Shown here: piece after piece, positions 56,790 through 64,000 of the stretch
How the letters are laid out: every line of letters starts with the position of its first letter
Position numbering within the stretch: the first letter of the stretch is position 1
Origin: Octopus vulgaris
Taxonomy: Eukaryota
DNA: 64,000 nucleotides
Direction: 5' to 3'
NCBI GenBank assembly: GCA_951406725.2
Contig: OX597841.1
Location: 15,252,001-15,316,000, forward strand
The notes under the pieces: generated by a model
Seen by the model: the letters and a program-made list of their open reading frames with translations, nothing else
Databases searched by the model: none
What the model was told of the DNA's origin: nothing
Made by a program: the position numbers and the translations under genes

Positions 56790-57199
56790 AGGCGCAGGAG
56801 TGGCTGTGTTGTAAGTAGCTTGCTTACCAACCACATGGTTCCGGTTCAATCCCACTGCGTGGCACCTCGGGCTAGTGTCTTCTACTATAGCCTCGGGCCA
56901 GCCAAAGCTTTGTGAGTGGATTTGGTAGACAGAAACTTAAAGAAGCCTGTCGTATATGTATATATATATATATGTATATATGTGTTTGTGTGTCTGTGTT
57001 TTGCCCCCCCCCCAACATAGCTTGACAACCGATGCTGTTGTGTTTATGTCCCCGTAACTTAGCGGTTCGGCAAAAGAGGCCGATAGAATAAGTACTGGGC
57101 TTACAAAAGAATAATTCCCGGGGTCGATTTGCTCGACTAAAGGCGGTGCTCCAGCATGGCCGCAGTCAAATGACTGAAACAAATAAAAGAATAAAAGAA
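56790..57199 (+). mobile_element. SINE family A, full length
   Basis: Complete match. Confidence 0.9.
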
Positions 57200-57280
57200 T
57201 ATATATATATACAATTTTTTCTCGTAATGAGATAAAAAGAACCAAGGCTGTGAAGATTTTAGAATATTTATAAATAGAAG

Positions 57281-57332
57281 GTCTTACAGCTGTTTCCAGG
57301 ATATTAATTAATTATATCCCTTCATCGGAGAC
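57281..57332 (-). ncRNA. Type I hammerhead motif in a PLE-like remnant (57225-57520)
   Basis: GUCU-CCGAUGA-A-GGGAUAU..AUAUCCU-G-GAAA-CAGCUG-UA-AGAC. Confidence 0.65.
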
Positions 57333-57536
57333 GGCGTGAGAGGATGGTTAAGCAAGAGGTATTCTAGAGATGATATGAAATAGAGAGTGAAGTGGAGGAA
57401 GGGGAATAGATGTGTGGTGTGCATGGATATTGCATTAGTCTTAAAATTCCTGCTTGAGAATGATTCAGTCGTCCTTTGTAAATCAATTATTTGTAGATCC
57501 ATTATTTAGGTAGAATGGTATATATATATATATATA

Positions 57537-57950
57537 TTTCTTTACTACCCACAAGGGGCTAAACATAGAGGGGACAAACAAGGACAGACAAAGGGATTGA
57601 GTCGATTACATCGACCCCAGTGCGAAACTGGTTTTTTTATTTATCGACCCCGTAAGGTTGAAAGGCAAAGTCGACCTTGGCGGAATTCGAACTCAGAACG
57701 TAACGGTAGACGAAATACTTATTTCTTTACTACCCACAAGGGGCTAAACACAGAGGGGACAAACAAGGACAGACAAAGGGATTGAGTCGATTACATCGAC
57801 CCCAGTGCTTAACTGGTACTTAATTTATCGACCCCGAAAGGATGAAAGGCAAAGTCAACCTCGGTGGAATTTGAGCTCAGGATATAACGACAGACGAAAT
57901 ACGGCTACGCATCTCGCCCGGCGTGCTAACGTTTCTGCCAGCTCGCCGCC
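57537..57950 (-). mobile_element. SINE family B, head plus two tandem units
   Basis: Junction AAATAAGTATTTCGT (minus strand) near 57710-57724. Confidence 0.9.
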
Positions 57951-59039
57951 TTCCTATGACCGCGAGTCCGCTGCCCTAACCACTGGGCCATTGCGTTTCC
58001 ACTGCTGCTGCTGTTGTTGTTGTTGTTGTTGTTTTTATTGCTGCTGTCGTTGCTATTGTTGTAGTTATTTGTGCTGCTGTTGATGGTGGTGATGCTGCTG
58101 CTGTTCTTCTTGTTATCACAATTGCTCCGGTTGTTGTTCTTGTTCACGTTGCTTATATTTCTGTCCTCATTATTCTCTTAACTATTGACGCCCAGACGCC
58201 GCCGCCCCGCCGCCGTCGCCCCGCCGTCGCCCCGCCCCCGCCGCCCCGCCGCCACCGTCGCCCCGCCGCCGCCACCATCGTCTCCCCTGCTGCTGCTATG
58301 ATGATAGTGATGATTACCATCTTCAGTGTTGTTGTTGTTGTTGTTGTTGTTGTTACTGTTATTGTTCTGCCGCCACCCTCATCACCATCACTTCCACCGC
58401 CACCACCACCACCACCACCACAACTGTTACCATCACTACTACCACCACTACCGCTATCACCTCTACTCTCACAACAACTACCACCACCACCACCAGCATC
58501 ACTATCACCATCACCACCATCACCACCACCACTTGTGCCACTATCACAAGCACTACCTCTTCCACGATTACCACAAACACTACTATCACCACCACCACAA
58601 CCACCACCACCACCACCACCACCACCACCACCACCACCACCATCACCACCACCCACACCATCACCACCATCACCACCACCACCACCACCACCACCGTCAC
58701 CACCACCACCACCATCACCACCACCGACACCACCACCAGCTCCACCACCACCACCTCCACCACCACCGCCACCACCATCACCACCACCAACCCCCCGCCC
58801 TCCCCCCCTCTGCCATTCTCTTCAACAGCACAACAATAATATTCCTGCCATTCTCTCTGCACAACTGACATAAATGCACAAAAAACTACGCGTACTCCCT
58901 TTTACATTTAGACAATCGAACGCCTCTTATTTGTCTTCTGCGTCTCGTGTCTCCCCTCCAGGGGCATTCGTTCACTTTACCTCTTTCTCTGCGTAACGAG
59001 CTCGTCCGACCGCCCCCTTACCCTCCCCTTACTCCCGCC

Positions 59040-59449
<410 letters not shown>

Positions 59450-59688
59450 CCAACAACATGTCAGTTTCCGTTTCTCAGTGCTTGCGTCTGCATATATATA
59501 TGTACGTGTATATGATATGTGTATGCGTATATATTCCTGAATGTGTGTGCGTTTGTGCATGTGTGTGTATGTGTATCTTTGTGTGTGTATATCTATATAT
59601 GTACATATACATATATATATATTTGCCTGTGCAGAGATCTATGTCTGTGTAGATATCTGTGTGTATACATCTGCCTGTATGTGTTTGT

Positions 59689-59751
<63 letters not shown>

Positions 59752-59851
59752 TACATATATATATATATATATGCATGTATGTATATGCATAAATACATAC
59801 ATACATATATATATATACATATAGACATATATATATATATGTATGTATGTC

Positions 59852-59908
<57 letters not shown>

Positions 59909-59985
59909 CTGTGTGTATGTATATTTCTCATCTATGTGCATATATATTCGTGAGTCTATGTAACTCTGTGTACATATATAAATCA

Positions 59986-60035
<50 letters not shown>

Positions 60036-60149
60036 ATGTGTGTGTGTGTGTGTATGCGTGTATATATATATGTCTATATATGCATATGCGTGTGTGTGTT
60101 GTGTGTGTATATGTGTTTATCCCTGTATGTGTGTACGCGTGAGCGCAGA

Positions 60150-60328
60150 CGAAGATAAGATAGAAAAATGGTGAGAAGGAGTGGAATGAGTTGAAGAAGG
60201 AAAAAATGAGGAAGGAAAGTAAAGGAAAGAGAAGAGCAAGGAAATATAAGAGGAGGGAGGAAGAAATAGAAAGGGTGGAACGAAAGAGAGGAACGAGAGA
60301 GACGGGGTGTAGAAGAGAAAGCAAGTGC

Positions 60329-60401
<73 letters not shown>

Positions 60402-62112
60402 CGAGGGAGAAGGAAGGAAAGAGAGAGTGCGTGTGAAATACAAAGCGAGAACGAAGAAGAGGGATTAAGAAAGAGAGGGAATAAGAGAGTCAGGGTGATG
60501 GGGAACGAGTTAGAAGGAACGAAAGAGAGGAATGAGTGTGACGGGATGCAAAAGAGTGAACAAGGGAGAGAGAGTGTGAACGAGGAATAGGAAGGAAAGA
60601 GAGAGAGAGAGAGAGATGGAGAGAGGGAGTGAGTGAACGAGGAATAGGAAGGAAAGAGAGAGAAAGGAAGAGAGAGAGAGGGAGAGGGAGAAATATAAAG
60701 AGAGAAGGAGAAAGAGGGATGAAGAAAGAGAGGGAATAAGAGAGTGAAGAAGATGGGGAACGAGTTAGTGGGAAGGAAAGAGAGCGGAAAATTGAGAAGG
60801 GGAGAATGATTGAGAGAGAGAGAGAAAAGGTGAAAACGAAAGAAAGGAAACGAGAGATAAAGAACGAGAAAGAGAGAGAGAAACACAGAGAAGGAAAGAG
60901 AGAACGAGAGGGAGAAAGAGAGGGTACGAGAGATAGAGGAAATGAGAGAGAAGGAACGTGAAAGAGCAGAGAGAGACACCCAGAGAGAGAGAGAGAGGGG
61001 AGAGAAGGAAAGATCAAAAGCGCAATAGAAAAGAACGAGTGTCCGTGGGAACGAAAAAACGGGAACGACAGAGAAGAAAGGAGAGAGTGGGAGAGAGAGA
61101 GAGTAACACAGAGACACAAGGAGAAAGAGAGAGAGAGAGAGAGAGAAGGGAAGGTAGAGGGAACGAGAGAAAGGGAATGAGAGAGAAGGAACGAGAATGC
61201 AAGGTAAGGAGAGACAAAAGGAACGATAGGGAAGAAAGAAGAAAGAGGGAGAGAAAGAAAGAGGGAGGACAAAAGATAGAAGGAACGACAGAGAGGATGT
61301 GAGAGAACGAGAGATCAAGGAACAAGAGAAAGGGAACGACAGAGAAGGAGAACGAAGGGAACGACAGAGAAGGAGAACGAAGAGAGAGAGAGAAAGAAGG
61401 GGAACGGGAGATAGAGAGAACGAGAGAGGAGGAAGGAGAATGAGAGGTAAAGAAAGATAAAGGGAACGATAGAAAAAGGACGAGCGATCCAGGGAACGAG
61501 AGAACGAGAACGACAGAGAAGGAAGGAAGGAAGGAAGGAAAAAGAAAAAGAAGAAGACGAAGAAGAGATAGAAACAGGGAGAAAGGGGGAACGGAAGATA
61601 GAGGGAACGAGAGAGAAGGGAAGAGAATGAGAGAGAGAGAAGGAGAGAGAACGAGAGAGAGTGAGAATGAGAGGTAAAGAAAGATAAAGGGAACGATAGA
61701 AAAAGGACGAGCGATCCAGGGAACGAGAGAACGAGAACAACAGAGAAGGAAGGAATGAAGGAAGGAAGAAGAAGAAAAAGAAGATTAAGAAGAAGAAGAA
61801 AGACAGGGAGAGAGGGGGAACGGAAGGTAGAGGGAACGAGAGAGAAGGGAAGAGAATGAGAGAGAGAGAGAAGGAGAGAGAAGGAGTGAGAGAAGGAGAG
61901 AGAGTGAGAATGAGAGGGAACGAGAGACAAGAAGTAGAGATAATAGACGAAAGAAAAGAAAATTAGAGCCAAAGATAAGAAGAGCGATAAGAACAAGAAA
62001 AGTGAAAGTGAAAGAGAGAGAGAGAGAATACAAAGAAAGGAAAGAAAGAAGGAAGGAAAGAAAGAAAGAAAGGAAAGGAAGGAAGGAAGGAAGGAAGGAA
62101 AGGAAGAAATAG
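60150..62112. repeat. About 2-kb purine-rich low-complexity tract with internal duplications
   Basis: Strongly G/A-biased plus strand; recurring GAACGAG; 227-bp period at 61437 and 61664. Confidence 0.9.
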
Positions 62113-62255
62113 ATGAATGCTGTTTAGTTCCAGACGCTATCTTTTGATTATTTTCGAGAAACAATTTTTTTTTTTGCCTTTCACGAAATAAAATTGATGA
62201 ATGCCAACTTCCACGGCACCTTCATTTTTCTTTCGAAATTTAAAAAAAAACAAAC

Positions 62256-62291
<36 letters not shown>

Positions 62292-62326
62292 CCATCCTTA
62301 TTATTTTTATTGTTCTTGTTGTTATT

Positions 62327-62439
<113 letters not shown>

Positions 62440-62496
62440 TATTATCATTATTATTATTATTATCATAATCACCATCATCACCATTATTATTATTGA

Positions 62497-62539
<43 letters not shown>

Positions 62540-62679
62540 GATATTATTATTATTATTATTATTATTATCATTATTATTATTATTATTATCATTATTATCA
62601 TTATTATTATTATTATCATCATCATCATTATCATTATTATTGATATTATTATTATTATTGATATTATCATTATTATTGA

Positions 62680-62779
<100 letters not shown>

Positions 62780-63089
62780 TTCATTATTATTATTATTTTC
62801 ATTATTATTATTATTTTCATTATTATTATTATTTTCATTATTATTATTATTATTTTCTTTATTATTATGATTGTTGTTGTTGTTGTTGTTGTTGTAGTCA
62901 TTGCTGTTGTTTACTTGTGTATCAAATTTATTTATGTATTTATTTATTTATTTATTTATTTTATTCTTCTTTATTTTATTTACTAACTGACCCATCAGGC
63001 AAGTCTGGGATTAGCGAGCGTGAAATTATAAAAAAAAAAAAATAAGAAAGAGAAAAAAGAAATGAAAAAAACTAAAAATAAAAAAATTA

Positions 63090-63145
<56 letters not shown>

Positions 63146-63464
63146 TAAAATACCGACAGAGAGAGAAACCGCCATTACTGACGATGCACGCTTGCTTACC
63201 AGACGTAAATAATTCTTGAGAAAAATTTTAAAAAAAGCACACACACGAACACACACATACATGCACACACATACACAGGCAAACATTTTTTATATATTAA
63301 AATGTATTTTTATATTTACCTTTAAAATTTAAAGCAAATTTTAGTGGTTTTTTTTACGATTGTTTTGGGGGTTTTTTTTGTTCCGAGAATAATGTTTCTT
63401 TTATAGCTTAAGCCGTCAAAAGTCAGGATTTCAATTTTAAACAGTAAATATAGACTGCAGAACG

Positions 63465-63790
63465 GTGGAGTGAGCCACGTGGTGCCGGGTTCAAAGCCAC
63501 TGCGTGGAACCTTATCTTATCTTATCTTATCTTCTTATCTTATCTAGTTTCAGCTCACGAGCTGTGGCTATGCTGGGGCACCGCCATTTGGTGTTGCTAC
63601 ATGGTTTTACTTCACGAATGCTTTTTAGCAATTGCCATTTGGTGCATGAGAGAGTTCGATGCAGCTGCCCTCATCTGCACCTCCTGCCGTGAAGTTGGTT
63701 CATCTGGGACACCTGACAGGAAGTATTTCCTAATATAGATTGACCGAAGTTCTTGTGAGTGAATTTGAAAGACGGAAACTGAAAGAAGCC
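63465..63790 (+). mobile_element. Old SINE family A 5' half interrupted by a LINE
   Basis: CCGGGTTCAAAGCCACTGCGTGG ... GACGGAAACTGAAAGAAGCCC. Confidence 0.75.
63511..63718 (-). mobile_element. 5'-truncated CR1-group LINE, same family as 2929-3430, with (GATAA)n tail
   Basis: Reverse complement of about 3243-3415. Confidence 0.9.
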
Positions 63791-63907
63791 CGGAAATTCA
63801 CAGCCTTGGCATCCATTTTGAAATGCTCCCTGCTACAAGCATGGGATTCCTCGTTCTCTGATTCGGCGCGGAAGGGTCCTTACGATGTAAAAGCACCCCA
63901 AGGAAAA

Positions 63908-64000
63908 AATGGCCTAGTGGTTAGAGAAGCGGACTCGCGGTCGAGGGATCGAGAGTTCGAATCTCAAACCGGATGATGTGTGTGTTTATGAGCGAAACAC
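63908..64000 (+). mobile_element. SINE C-related tRNA-like head, cut by the window end
   Basis: AATGGCCTAGTGGTTAG..GCGGACTCGCGGTC..GAGTTCGAATCTC. Confidence 0.7.

Noticed and set aside
58195-58810. Pro-rich formin/extensin-like or His-rich exon
   Set aside because: (CCG)n/(CCA)n microsatellite without splice context or flanking domain; same for 40155-40610.
60074-62164. 696-aa ORF
   Set aside because: A polypyrimidine strand lacks stop codons by composition.

Overview
Eukaryotic, gene-poor, repeat-saturated window, most likely from an octopus/cephalopod genome (inferred from the SINE families and the extreme (TA)n/(CA)n/(AAT)n/(TACA)n/(GATA)n load). I see no convincing host protein-coding exon, and nearly all ORFs in the track are microsatellite translations. 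The non-microsatellite DNA is mostly: three tRNA-derived SINE families (called A, B, C here); fragments of CR1-group, RTE, Tx1 and R4/Dong LINEs; two decayed rosa-type Tc1/mariner transposons; Helitron-like 5' ends; and many Penelope-like (PLE) remnants, including a GIY-YIG fragment and about seven type I hammerhead ribozyme motifs. The most unusual signal is at 54765-54834 (minus strand). It has all hammerhead core nucleotides and all three helices, but the strands are in an order that is not a circular permutation (not type I, II or III), which would need a pseudoknotted or dimeric fold. A second, sequence-divergent repeat at 34957-35032 has the same helix order. All RNA folds were assigned by eye and are untested.
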